Below, piece after piece: positions 19,858 through 28,778 of a DNA stretch of 64,000 bases. The notes under the pieces were generated by a model. The model saw nothing but the letters and a program-made list of their open reading frames with translations, made no database searches and was not told the DNA's origin. The stretch is from an uncultured Clostridia bacterium. Its GTDB lineage: Bacteria; Bacillota; Clostridia; Peptostreptococcales; Anaerovoracaceae. Position 1 is the stretch's first letter, and each line of letters opens with the position of its first letter. The stretch covers positions 1 to 64,000 of the forward strand of contig CAKQMV010000008.1 of the NCBI GenBank assembly GCA_934255135.1, read 5' to 3'. The position numbers and the translations under genes are program-made.

Positions 19858-19890
19858 TGTTGATTTAGTGACGAAATATCGTATAATCAA
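19858..19890 (+). promoter_or_regulatory. Promoter for nhaC (TTGATT, 17 nt, TATAAT)
   Basis: The sequence reads tttgttgatttagtgacgaaatatcgtataatc. Confidence 0.5.
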
Positions 19891-19921
19891 TCACATAAAC
19901 TTATAAAAATACAAATGAGAG

Positions 19922-21373
19922 GTGAGGTTTATGAGAAATATATTTACGGAGGAACGCCCAATTAAACAGGCCACGTTAGCACACGCTATACTGTCATTTA
20001 TGGCACTTATTGCAGTAATGTCCGTTGGAATCATCGTATTTGAGGTTGATCCTCACATTCCGATGTTCTTTGGAGTAATCATCGCTGCCATTGTGGCAAT
20101 GTCACTTGGCTATGACTGGAAGTCAATTGAGGATATGATGATTGACGGAATAGGCAAGGCAATGCAGTCAATTCTGATTCTTGCAATCGTAGGTATGATG
20201 ATCGGAGTATGGCTCCTTTCAGGAACTATTCCGACAATGATCTACTTTGGACTCAAGCTTCTTTCCCCTAAGATATTTCTTGTAGCTTCAGTTCTTATCT
20301 GTTCAATCACAGCGCTGGCTACAGGTACATCCTGGGGTACAATGGGAACTATGGGTCTCGCACTGATGGGAATCGGATACGGACTCGGAATGCCAGTTGG
20401 ACCTACAGCAGGAGCTATCCTTGCAGGAGCATACTTCGGAGATAAGCTATCCCCACTCTCCGATACTACTAACCTTGCTCCGGCGATGGCAGGAACTGAT
20501 GTATTCACTCACGTAAAATATATGCTCAAATCAACAATGATTACATATGTTATTACGCTGGTTTTCTTCGGAGTATACGGTTTCATGCACGCAGCTAAGG
20601 GTGCTGCTGATACATCACAGGTAGACATTCTTATGAATGGTATCGCGGATAACTTTAATACTAATCCGCTGCTTCTTCTACCACCAGTTGTAGTAATTCT
20701 CTCAATTGCACTTAAGATTCCTGCAATCCCTGGAATTACACTAGGTATGATTACTGCCGGAATTCTGGCACCTATTTTCCAGGATTCGATTACATTCGGA
20801 CATATTCTTGATGTAGCAAGAAACGGATTCGTATGCGAGACAGATGTGGCAGCTCTTAACGATCTTCTTTCAACAGGAGGACTTATGAACATGGCTTCAT
20901 CGATTCTTATGACTATCATAGCGATGATGTTCGGTGGAATCATGGAAGGAAGCGGACAGCTTGCTGTTATCATCGAGGCTATTACTAAGAGAATCAAGAG
21001 TGCTGCAGGACTTGTTGGAGCAACAGAGGTTACATGTATTCTTTCTAACATAGTAATGCCTGAGCAGTACATCTCAATCCTCGTACCAGGAAGAATGTAC
21101 GCACCAGCATACAGAAAGGCTGGAATTCACCCTAAGTCACTTTCCAATGCACTTGAGTCAGCAGGTACAGTAACATCCTGCCTCGTTCCTTGGAACACAT
21201 GCGGAATGTTCATCGCTACAACTCTTGGCGTAACTACATCGGTATACGCACCATGGGCAGTATTTAACTACCTCATGCCAATCGTATGTTTCGTAATGGC
21301 ATTCTTCGGCATGACAGTAACAAAGATGACACCAGAAGAGCAGGCACTTGCAGACAAGGGAGAGCTTGTATAG
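19922..21373 (+). CDS. nhaC: Na+/H+ antiporter NhaC family
   Basis: 483-aa polytopic protein matching the NhaC-family pattern (…GYGLGMPVGPTAGAILAGAYFGDKLSPLSDTTNLA…). Confidence 0.8.
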   Translation: MRFMRNIFTEERPIKQATLAHAILSFMALIAVMSVGIIVFEVDPHIPMFFGVIIAAIVAMSLGYDWKSIEDMMIDGIGKAMQSILILAIVGMMIGVWLLSGTIPTMIYFGLKLLSPKIFLVASVLICSITALATGTSWGTMGTMGLALMGIGYGLGMPVGPTAGAILAGAYFGDKLSPLSDTTNLAPAMAGTDVFTHVKYMLKSTMITYVITLVFFGVYGFMHAAKGAADTSQVDILMNGIADNFNTNPLLLLPPVVVILSIALKIPAIPGITLGMITAGILAPIFQDSITFGHILDVARNGFVCETDVAALNDLLSTGGLMNMASSILMTIIAMMFGGIMEGSGQLAVIIEAITKRIKSAAGLVGATEVTCILSNIVMPEQYISILVPGRMYAPAYRKAGIHPKSLSNALESAGTVTSCLVPWNTCGMFIATTLGVTTSVYAPWAVFNYLMPIVCFVMAFFGMTVTKMTPEEQALADKGELV

Positions 21374-21417
21374 TATACTAAGACTATCGAAGGAAGTGTC
21401 AGAGATTATAACTTACG

Positions 21418-21455
21418 GACTAAAGCATTTGCTTCGGCAAATGCTTTTTTTCGGG
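21418..21455 (+). terminator. Intrinsic terminator after nhaC
   Basis: Hairpin aaagcatttgc-ttcg-gcaaatgcttt followed by ttttttcggg. Confidence 0.75.
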
Positions 21456-21528
21456 TTTTTCGGTTATAATATAATCTGCCGTACATTTCGGAATATAATA
21501 CTTTTGAACATATAAGGAGGATTTAATT

Positions 21529-21825
21529 ATGAACGCAAGTGTTGCAATTCAGGTACTGCCTTCAGTAACTGACGAGAATGAGGTTATCAGAATTGTTGAC
21601 GAGGTAATTGCATATATCAGGTCAACAGGACTGAACTATTATGTAGGACCTTTCGAGACAACTATCGAGGGTGACTACGATGAGCTTATGGATATTGTTA
21701 AGGAGTGTCAGCACGTTGCCGAGAGAGCTGGATGCCCAGCAATGAGCGTGTACGTTAAGATTGCATATAAGCCGGAAGGAGATGTGCTTACAATTGAGAA
21801 GAAGGTTACAAAGCATCACCAGTAA
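21529..21825 (+). CDS. YkoF/MTH1187-family thiamine/HMP-binding protein
   Basis: 98-aa ORF with YkoF-like features (MNASVAIQVLP…GLNYYVGPFETTIEGDYDELM). Adjacent to ThiXYZ-like transporter genes. Confidence 0.65.
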   Translation: MNASVAIQVLPSVTDENEVIRIVDEVIAYIRSTGLNYYVGPFETTIEGDYDELMDIVKECQHVAERAGCPAMSVYVKIAYKPEGDVLTIEKKVTKHHQ

Positions 21826-22564
21826 GCTGCCTGCCTTCGTCGCACTGCTGGTGATTCTGCTTATATGGCAGGCAGCCTGCTCTTTTGAGATAGTACCTGC
21901 ATATATGCTTCCATCACCTGCCAAGGTAGTCCACGCGCTCTGGAACTACAGAGAGACTCTGATGCTCCATGCGGGATACACCCTTCAGGAGACCTTCTAC
22001 GGACTTGGAGCCGGAATCCTGCTATCGTTTGTGACGGCCACTTTAATGGACAGATTCGATATACTCGATAAGGCTTTTGCCCCTCTGCTCGTAATCAGCC
22101 AGACAATTCCGACTATCGCGATTGCGCCGATTCTGGTGCTATGGTTCGGTTATGAGATGACGCCTAAGATTATTCTTGTCGTGCTTACGACATATTTTCC
22201 GATTACTGTCGGACTTCTCGGCGGATACAAGAGTGTGGACAGGGATTCTGTTGACCTGATGAGATCGATGGGAGCATCGAGGATAGAGATATTCAGACAC
22301 CTTAAGTTTCCTCAGGCGCTGCCACAGTTTTTCTCGGGGCTTAGGATTGCCGCTTCTTATGCGGTTGTCGGTGCTGTAGTTGCTGAATGGCTCGGCGGAT
22401 TTAACGGCCTTGGTGTATGTATGACGCGAATGAGGAAGGCATACGCTTTCGACACGATGTTCGGAATAATTTTATTTATTGTATTTATAAGCCTGCTTCT
22501 GCTTCTTGGCGTGAAGATTCTTTCGAGAGTATGCATGCCGTGGCTCAGAAGCGATAGCGAATAA
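21782..22564 (+). CDS. ABC transporter permease (NitT/TauT family, ThiX-like HMP/thiamine-precursor uptake)
   Basis: Polytopic permease with an EAA-like loop. The start is uncertain (ATG at 21782 overlaps ykoF; the six-frame ORF starts at 21761). Confidence 0.65.
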   Translation: MCLQLRRRLQSITSKLPAFVALLVILLIWQAACSFEIVPAYMLPSPAKVVHALWNYRETLMLHAGYTLQETFYGLGAGILLSFVTATLMDRFDILDKAFAPLLVISQTIPTIAIAPILVLWFGYEMTPKIILVVLTTYFPITVGLLGGYKSVDRDSVDLMRSMGASRIEIFRHLKFPQALPQFFSGLRIAASYAVVGAVVAEWLGGFNGLGVCMTRMRKAYAFDTMFGIILFIVFISLLLLLGVKILSRVCMPWLRSDSE

Positions 22565-22602
22565 TTCAAACAATTAAAACGATTTAACAGGAGAATGAAA
22601 CT

Positions 22603-23616
22603 ATGAAGAGAACAATGAAGAAGATTCTTGCGCTTACAGTATGCGCATCAATGATTCTGGGAATGACAGCCTGCGGAGATAAGAGCAGCTCTGAGGGAGA
22701 CAAGACTAAGATCACATTCTGTCTCGACTGGACACCTAACACTAACCACACAGGCCTTTATGTTGCACTTGCCAACGGATATTTCGAGGATGAGGGGCTC
22801 GATGTTGAGATCGTTCAGCCTGCCGAGAACACTGCTGCACAGATGTGCGCTGCTGGAGATGCACAGTTCGCAATCGAGGCGCAGGACACAATGGCTGCTT
22901 CACTTGCATCAGATGATCCTCTCGGAATCACAGCTGTAGCAACAATCCTTCAGCATAATACATCAGGAATCATGTCAAGAAAGGGCGATGGAATCACAAG
23001 CCCTGCCGGCCTTACCGGAAAGACATACTCAACATGGGAGTCACCAATCGAGCTTGCAATGCTTGAGAATGTCGTAAATGCAGACGGCGGAGACTTCAGC
23101 AAGGTTAAGCAGATTCCTAACGATATCACAGATGAGCCTGCAGCACTTAAGGCAAAGCAGACAGATGCAATCTGGGTATTCGAGGGATGGTCAAAGATCA
23201 ACGCAGACGTTAACAACGTTCCTGTAGATTACTTCAGCTTCGCAGATATGAACCCAACATTTGATTATTACACACCTGTAATCATCGCAAATAACGACTT
23301 CCTTAAGAAGTCACCAGACGTTGCTAAGGCATTTATGAGAGCTGCCAAGAAGGGCTACGAGTTCGCTGCTGAGAACCCTGACGAGGCTGCAGAGATTCTT
23401 ATCAAGGAAGATAACACAGGTTCACTTAAGGAATCAGAGAAGCTCGTTAAGAAGAGCCAGGAGTTCCTATCAACACAGTACATCGACGATGCAAAGTCAT
23501 GGGGATACATCGATCCTGAAAGATGGAACAACTTCTACAAGTGGCTCTATGACAACAAGCTCTGCTCAAAGGACCTTACAGACAAGGGTTTCTCAAACGA
23601 CTATCTAGAAGACTAG
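22603..23616 (+). CDS. ABC transporter substrate-binding lipoprotein, NMT1/THI5-like (ThiY-like)
   Basis: Lipobox LGMTACGD. NMT1/THI5-like SBP features. Confidence 0.65.
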   Translation: MKRTMKKILALTVCASMILGMTACGDKSSSEGDKTKITFCLDWTPNTNHTGLYVALANGYFEDEGLDVEIVQPAENTAAQMCAAGDAQFAIEAQDTMAASLASDDPLGITAVATILQHNTSGIMSRKGDGITSPAGLTGKTYSTWESPIELAMLENVVNADGGDFSKVKQIPNDITDEPAALKAKQTDAIWVFEGWSKINADVNNVPVDYFSFADMNPTFDYYTPVIIANNDFLKKSPDVAKAFMRAAKKGYEFAAENPDEAAEILIKEDNTGSLKESEKLVKKSQEFLSTQYIDDAKSWGYIDPERWNNFYKWLYDNKLCSKDLTDKGFSNDYLED

Positions 23617-23622
23617 GAGATA

Positions 23623-24360
23623 ATGATGTCGCTACTTAAAATTGAGAATGTAACAAAGAAATACGGCGACTTAACCGTTATAGAAGATATCAACATTCAT
23701 CTTGAGAAGGGAGAGCTTGTCTCTCTTCTCGGAGTGAGTGGCGCGGGCAAAACAACTCTTTTCCACGTCATCTCGGGACTTTCCGCTCCGGACGGCGGCA
23801 GGGTTTTGCTCGAGGATGAGGACATAACTGCAAAGCCAGGGCGAATCGCCTACATGCTTCAGAAGGATCTTCTTATGCAGCACAAGAAGGTGATTGATAA
23901 CGTATCACTTCCGCTTGTATTAAAGGGAATGAGCAAGGCTGATGCAAGAGAGAAGGCTGCTTTGTTCTTCGAAGAATTCGGCCTTTCGGGCTACGAGTAC
24001 AGCTATCCATCAGACCTCTCTGGAGGAATGAGGCAGAGAGCTGCACTCCTTAGAACGTATCTCGCATCGGAGGGAACTGCGCTTCTCGACGAGCCTTTCA
24101 GCGCACTAGATACGATCACGAAGTCAAACATTCACAAGTGGTATCTTGATGTAATGCAGCACATCGACCTGTCGACCTTGTTTATCACGCACGATATTGA
24201 TGAGGCGATACTTCTGTCTGACAGAATCTATATTCTAAGCGGCAGACCTGGCAGAATTACAGACGAGATTGTAATCGACGAGCCGAAGCCAAGAGCAGAT
24301 GACTTCAACCTTACAGAGAAGTTTCTTGAATACAAGAAGCTGATTATTTCAAAATTGTAA
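23623..24360 (+). CDS. ABC transporter ATP-binding protein (ThiZ-like)
   Basis: Walker A (GVSGAGKTT), signature (LSGGMRQRAAL) and Walker B (LLDEPFSALD). Confidence 0.8.
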   Translation: MMSLLKIENVTKKYGDLTVIEDINIHLEKGELVSLLGVSGAGKTTLFHVISGLSAPDGGRVLLEDEDITAKPGRIAYMLQKDLLMQHKKVIDNVSLPLVLKGMSKADAREKAALFFEEFGLSGYEYSYPSDLSGGMRQRAALLRTYLASEGTALLDEPFSALDTITKSNIHKWYLDVMQHIDLSTLFITHDIDEAILLSDRIYILSGRPGRITDEIVIDEPKPRADDFNLTEKFLEYKKLIISKL

Positions 24361-24362
24361 TA

Positions 24363-24402
24363 AAGAAGCCTGGCAATCTGCCAGGCTTCAACTTTATCTA
24401 AA
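24363..24402. terminator. Bidirectional intrinsic terminator between convergent thiZ-like and mscS genes
   Basis: Hairpin agcctggcaatctgccaggct flanked by A-rich and T-rich sequence. Confidence 0.7.
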
Positions 24403-24404
24403 TC

Positions 24405-25178
24405 CTAAATCCTCTCATACTTCACAAGCTCTATTCCTGCTTCGCTTAGCTCTCTTGCTATCACTGCGTTGCAGGCTCTCTTGATTATAGGCTTATTCTT
24501 CATATCACCCCATACTCTGATTGCGTGCAGCGTTCCGTCATTTACAAAATCCTTAATTCCCACGTATGAAGATCTGTCCACGCTTGCAACTTTATTCTCA
24601 AGCTTCTCAGGAAGTGCCTTAAACACCTCAGTAACCCTGTCCGCATCGTTATTCTGTGATACAGAAACCGGAATGTCGAAGCAAGGGAAGCCTTCCTCGA
24701 TAGTAGTGATGTCACGGTTACAGATGTAGACAGTTCCCATAAGGTCAAAATCATAGAGCTTCGTTGTTCTAAGTGTGAACGATTCGACAATTCCCGTGTG
24801 TCCGTTGATGGTTACTATCGAGCTTATATCCATTGACTCATCGAAGATGATGTGAAGTCCCATCAGGTAATCCTTAAGCGTATCCTGCAGCGCAAGACCG
24901 ATAACAGCACTGACAAGACCGAGTCCTGCTACGAAGGATTTTACGTTGAAACCAAGGATGGCAAGAATCCACATGGCAAAAATAAAGACAATCAGCACCT
25001 TCGCGCAGCTTCCGAGTACACGGATTATTGTGCCGAATCGGGTGTTTCCGGACTTCATGTGGTGCTTGAATATTCTCTTGGTTATAAGACTTGAGATGCC
25101 CAGTGCTACAAACATCAGGGCTATTACAAGTAGAATTCTGATTAAATGGTCGAGTGAAAACTCAGTAGAAAAGTTCAT
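24405..25178 (-). CDS. mscS: Small-conductance mechanosensitive channel (MscS family)
   Basis: Three TM helices, then the MscS beta-domain pattern (GLALQDTLKDYLMGLHIIFDE…). The start at MNFSTEF (25178) is preceded by an AAGGGAGG RBS; the six-frame ORF extends to 25205. Confidence 0.75.
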   Translation of the reverse strand: MNFSTEFSLDHLIRILLVIALMFVALGISSLITKRIFKHHMKSGNTRFGTIIRVLGSCAKVLIVFIFAMWILAILGFNVKSFVAGLGLVSAVIGLALQDTLKDYLMGLHIIFDESMDISSIVTINGHTGIVESFTLRTTKLYDFDLMGTVYICNRDITTIEEGFPCFDIPVSVSQNNDADRVTEVFKALPEKLENKVASVDRSSYVGIKDFVNDGTLHAIRVWGDMKNKPIIKRACNAVIARELSEAGIELVKYERI

Positions 25179-25248
25179 TAAGCTAATCCTCCCTTTTGTA
25201 AGCATAAGTATAACATAATGATTAATTATAAAAACTGTGGAAATAGTG

Positions 25249-25300
25249 TTGACAAAGTGAAAAACTTGTATTATTGTAATATTGTATTAAGTGCATAGGA
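25249..25300 (+). promoter_or_regulatory. Promoter/operator region for the gntR-ABC module: TTGACA -35, followed by a triple direct repeat TTGTATTA-TTGTAATA-TTGTATTA
   Basis: The sequence reads ttgacaaagtgaaaaacttgtattattgtaatattgtattaag. Confidence 0.4.
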
Positions 25301-25342
25301 CAACAGCACAGAAGACAATATCAAAACGAAAGGAGATTGCTT

Positions 25343-25726
25343 ATGACCTGGAATTTAGATGACAGCAGACCCATCTGGCCTCAGCTGAAGGAGAAGCTCA
25401 TGAGAGACATTGTAGCCGGCAGATATGCTCCCGGAGATTCTTTTCCAACAGTAAGGGATCTGGCTGAACAGGCAAGAGTAAACAGAAACACTATGCAGAG
25501 AGCACTTTCGGAGCTTGAGAATGAAGGACTTGTAATAACTAACAGAACAGCTGGAAGAACTGTAACTACTGATGAGGAGCTGATTAAGAATACAAGAGTA
25601 ACACTCGCAAGAGAGCAGATTAAGACGATGCTATCTGAGATGCAGCAACTTGGATTCAGTGCTGATGAGGTTGCTGAGCTTATAAGAAACGAAGGCGGGA
25701 AGAAGGTAGATAGAAATGAAGACTAA
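25343..25726 (+). CDS. GntR-family transcriptional regulator (YtrA subfamily, short C-terminal domain)
   Basis: Winged-HTH motif (FPTVRDLAEQARVNRNTMQRALSELENEGLV). ATG at 25343 with AGGAG 7 nt upstream. Confidence 0.8.
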   Translation: MTWNLDDSRPIWPQLKEKLMRDIVAGRYAPGDSFPTVRDLAEQARVNRNTMQRALSELENEGLVITNRTAGRTVTTDEELIKNTRVTLAREQIKTMLSEMQQLGFSADEVAELIRNEGGKKVDRNED

Positions 25727-26456
25727 TCCAATACTTGAATGCAAGAATTTAAGCAGGTATTACGATGCTAAGGCAGCACTAGATGATGTAAACCTTACAA
25801 TAGGAAGAGGCAAGATTGTAGGACTTCTCGGACCTAACGGTGCGGGTAAGACAACACTTATCAAGCTTGCTAACGGTCTTATCAGACCGAGCAGCGGACA
25901 GATCCTAATTGACGGCGTAGCGCCGGGAATCCACACCAAGGAGATAGTAAGCTATCTTCCGGATAAGGACTACTTTGCGAAATGGATGAAGGCAAGCGAT
26001 GTGCTTAATCTTTTTGAAGAGTTCTACAGTAACTTCAGCAGAAAGAAGGCTGACAGAATGTGCGAGACTCTTGGAATTAAGCAGGACATGCCAATCAAGG
26101 CGATGTCTAAGGGTACAAGAGAGAAGCTTCAGCTGATTCTCGTAATGTCAAGAAATGCTGAGCTATATCTTCTCGATGAGCCTATTGCGGGCGTTGACCC
26201 TGCGGCAAGAGATTTTATCTTAAGCACAATCGTTAACAACTATAACGAGGATGGAACAATTATTATTTCGACACATCTTATCTCTGATGTTGAAAGAGTG
26301 CTCGACGAGGTTGTTTTCATCAAGGATGGAAGAATTGTAAGACACGACACTGTAGATGATATTAAGGAGAAGGAAGGTAAGTCAATCGATGAGGTCTTCA
26401 GAGATGACTTCAGAATGGCAGTTCCTGGTGTAAAGGAGGCAGGCTATGACAGGTAA
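25716..26456 (+). CDS. ABC transporter ATP-binding protein (YtrB-like)
   Basis: Walker A (GPNGAGKTT) and Walker B (LLDEPIAGVD). Start overlaps the gntR stop. Confidence 0.8.
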   Translation: MKTNPILECKNLSRYYDAKAALDDVNLTIGRGKIVGLLGPNGAGKTTLIKLANGLIRPSSGQILIDGVAPGIHTKEIVSYLPDKDYFAKWMKASDVLNLFEEFYSNFSRKKADRMCETLGIKQDMPIKAMSKGTREKLQLILVMSRNAELYLLDEPIAGVDPAARDFILSTIVNNYNEDGTIIISTHLISDVERVLDEVVFIKDGRIVRHDTVDDIKEKEGKSIDEVFRDDFRMAVPGVKEAGYDR

Positions 26457-27273
26457 GCTTTGTAAATATGAATTCAAGACAAGTATAAGACAGATAAGCA
26501 TAGCGTGGATGGCGCTTCTGGCATCGTCAGTACTGCTTGCTGTGATTATCGCTTCAAGCCACAGCTTGATATACTCTTCAACAAGGGCTGTTGCAAGCAT
26601 TCTGACAGGAGTTCTGTCAACTCTGTATGGCGTAATTCTGACTGCTATGGTGGTTATGGCTGTGTTAATAGTCGTAGTAAGATTCTATAACAGTGTCTGC
26701 TCCGATGAGGGTTACCTTATTCACACACTGCCTGTAAGCATAAGAAGCATAATCGTGTCTAAGGGTCTTGTAGCAACAGCACTTCTGATTGTAAGTCTGT
26801 TTGTAGCAATGATTTCAATCTGCTTTATCTTGATGGGAATTTCAGTATCTGATTTCTTCGAGTCATGCGGATGCGTTTTCGAGGAAATCGGCAGGGAGCC
26901 TCGAATCCTGCTTCTGATATTTGAGGGAGTGGTTGTTCTTATCCTTGGAATCATGAAGAGCGTATATAACGTATATGCAGCTATTGCACTCGGACAGATG
27001 GCTAACAAGCACAGAATACTGATGTCAATCGTCTCATATATTGGAATCAGTGTGGTTCTTACTGCTATTGTTTCAACAGTACTCAATATTACAAGCAGTG
27101 ATCTTATCCGTGAGCCGCTGTTCGAAACAGGTCGTAACTTTGCAGCTTATTTCGGAGGCTGGGGAATAGGTCAGGCCGTAATCATCGCAGTAATTTTTGT
27201 TGAGCTTGTGCAGCTTATCATATTCCATGCGATAACTGAGGTTGCGCTCACTAAGAGGCTGAATCTTCTTTAA
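26446..27273 (+). CDS. Membrane protein / ABC-2-like permease of the GntR-ABC module
   Basis: 275-aa polytopic hydrophobic protein, translationally coupled to the ATPase. Confidence 0.55.
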   Translation: MTGKLCKYEFKTSIRQISIAWMALLASSVLLAVIIASSHSLIYSSTRAVASILTGVLSTLYGVILTAMVVMAVLIVVVRFYNSVCSDEGYLIHTLPVSIRSIIVSKGLVATALLIVSLFVAMISICFILMGISVSDFFESCGCVFEEIGREPRILLLIFEGVVVLILGIMKSVYNVYAAIALGQMANKHRILMSIVSYIGISVVLTAIVSTVLNITSSDLIREPLFETGRNFAAYFGGWGIGQAVIIAVIFVELVQLIIFHAITEVALTKRLNLL

Positions 27274-27295
27274 TAAAAGCATTAATTAGAAGCGT

Positions 27296-27337
27296 GGTGC
27301 AGGTGGCAATAAGATTGGCCTGCACCCTTTTCATTTC
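27296..27337 (+). terminator. Intrinsic terminator
   Basis: Hairpin ggtgcaggtggcaataagattggcctgcacc followed by cttttcatttc. Confidence 0.6.
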
Positions 27338-27376
27338 ATTGAATATTCACGCAGAATTTTCAATATATATGGTAGA

Positions 27377-28078
27377 ATGATAAAGATGAATACTAAAGAT
27401 AGAAATTATATATACGTGGTTCTTTCGAGGACACCTTCTAAGTTCGCGTGGGCGATAAGAACGTTCGGGCGGATTAACTACAACCATGCATCCATTGCTT
27501 TTGACAGCGACCTTAAGGAGCTCTGGTCATTTGCCCGTAAGATGAACAATCTTCCGATAGATGCCGGCGTTGTAAGGGAGTTTCCGGAGAGATTCACCTT
27601 AAACAAAGTGAATAATATTCCGATCAGAATCTACAGGGTTCCGGTTAATCCCGGTCAGTACAATCTGATTCGTAAACGTGTAATGGAGCTTCATAACGAT
27701 ATGGGGTACCATTATAATATCTTTTCAGCTCTTTTATATCCTATCGCAGGTGGCTTTAAGACAGACAGAGCATATACATGCAGTGAGTTTGTTTCAGCAC
27801 TTCTCGATGAGTATACCGATGTTGCAATTACACGTCCTTGTGAAGCTATTCTTCCTGAGGAGCTTCACGGAATTCTGGAATCTTTCCTGATGTATGATGG
27901 TAATCTTCTTGACTACAGGGAATTTGAACCTGTGGAATCATCATTCTTTGATTATGTGAGTCCATGGAAGGTTGTTGCAGTTACGGTAACGATTTTTGCA
28001 GTCATGGCATACAGAGGTGCAGGCAGGAGAGCTAGGGAATTGAGCAGCTTAAGAGACAGCTGGAGAGATTTCTGGTAA
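27377..28078 (+). CDS. Hypothetical protein, possibly a permuted papain-like (YiiX/C92-like) hydrolase
   Basis: 233-aa soluble protein with a conserved-looking Cys context (AYTCSEFVSALL). The family assignment rests on memory only. Confidence 0.3.
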   Translation: MIKMNTKDRNYIYVVLSRTPSKFAWAIRTFGRINYNHASIAFDSDLKELWSFARKMNNLPIDAGVVREFPERFTLNKVNNIPIRIYRVPVNPGQYNLIRKRVMELHNDMGYHYNIFSALLYPIAGGFKTDRAYTCSEFVSALLDEYTDVAITRPCEAILPEELHGILESFLMYDGNLLDYREFEPVESSFFDYVSPWKVVAVTVTIFAVMAYRGAGRRARELSSLRDSWRDFW

Positions 28079-28100
28079 TAAGAACTTAAGGAGTTTTAAG

Positions 28101-28457
28101 ATGAGCGTCATTATTGAATACGGCGAGGATGAGAAGCTGCAGCATGAGCACGAGCATGAACATAATCATGAACATAAACACAAGCACTCACACGAGCATT
28201 CGCCTGAGGAGAAGAAGAAGCAGCTTAACAGAATAGCGAGAGCAATCGGTCATCTTAAGGCTGTGCAGGGCATGATTGAACGCGATGAGGACTGCTCAGA
28301 TATTCTTATTCAGCTTTCTGCTGTAAGATCTGCGATTAACAACCTCGGCAAGGTTATCATCGACGAGCATCTCACACACTGCATCTATCATGCGATAGAA
28401 GAGGGCGATGATACGACGGTTAAGGAGTTCCAGGAAGCAATAAGGAAATTCATATAA
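28101..28457 (+). CDS. CsoR/RcnR-family metal-sensing transcriptional repressor with a His-rich N-terminal extension
   Basis: Helical C-terminal core with candidate ligands Cys (DEDCSD), His (IDEH) and Cys (THC), giving a C-H-C fingerprint. The N-terminal tail HEHEHEHNHEHKHKHSHEH has 9 His in 20 aa. Confidence 0.75.
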   Translation: MSVIIEYGEDEKLQHEHEHEHNHEHKHKHSHEHSPEEKKKQLNRIARAIGHLKAVQGMIERDEDCSDILIQLSAVRSAINNLGKVIIDEHLTHCIYHAIEEGDDTTVKEFQEAIRKFI

Positions 28458-28544
28458 CCGATATCCGTCTGACTCGTATTAATGAAGTCCATAAATATAA
28501 TTAATGTATTCAGGACATTGTTAAAGTTAATTTAATAACTTAAA

Positions 28545-28573
28545 TTGACTATAGAAGCATAAGAACCTACAAT
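28545..28573 (+). promoter_or_regulatory. Promoter (TTGACT, 17 nt, TACAAT) driving the nfl-hyp operon leader
   Basis: The sequence reads ttgactatagaagcataagaacctacaat. Confidence 0.5.
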
Positions 28574-28579
28574 ATAGGT

Positions 28580-28730
28580 ATCTGATACGAAACGTAACAC
28601 TTGAGTTGAAGATACGCCATGCAATATAGCTTAAAGGATGTCGGTGAACCGGCCAGAGGCTGCTTTACCAATCGTCCGCTACGATATGTAATACAAGAGG
28701 CAGTATCTTCAATTGCGAAGATACTGTTTT
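28580..28730 (+). ncRNA. Roughly 150-nt 5' leader ending in a strong intrinsic terminator. Candidate riboswitch or attenuator of unknown class.
   Basis: A structured region (ggatgtcggtgaaccggccagaggctgc…cgtccgc) is followed by cagtatcttc-aattgc-gaagatactg and a T6 run (28690-28730). This lies 50 nt before the TTG start of the first operon gene. Confidence 0.4.
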
Positions 28731-28778
28731 TTATTTTGTTATATAGAAGAGATTTTGTTATATAGAGGAGGTCATCCC

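Noticed and set aside
21374-21528. Expected TPP riboswitch upstream of ykoF-thiXYZ
   Set aside because: I looked on both strands for ctgagag / ggataatgcc-type THI-box elements and found none. Only a terminator for nhaC and an AT-rich promoter region are present.
28458-28778. T-box or known riboswitch class for the nfl operon leader
   Set aside because: No T-box (AGGGUGGNACCGCG), THI-box, B12-box or similar consensus is recognisable. I left it as an unclassified attenuator-like leader.
28713-28778. Using the upstream ATG (28713) as the start of the TM1266-like gene
   Set aside because: That ATG lies inside the leader terminator's T-tract with no RBS, and gives an implausible N-terminus. The TTG at 28779 has a perfect GGAGG at the optimal distance.
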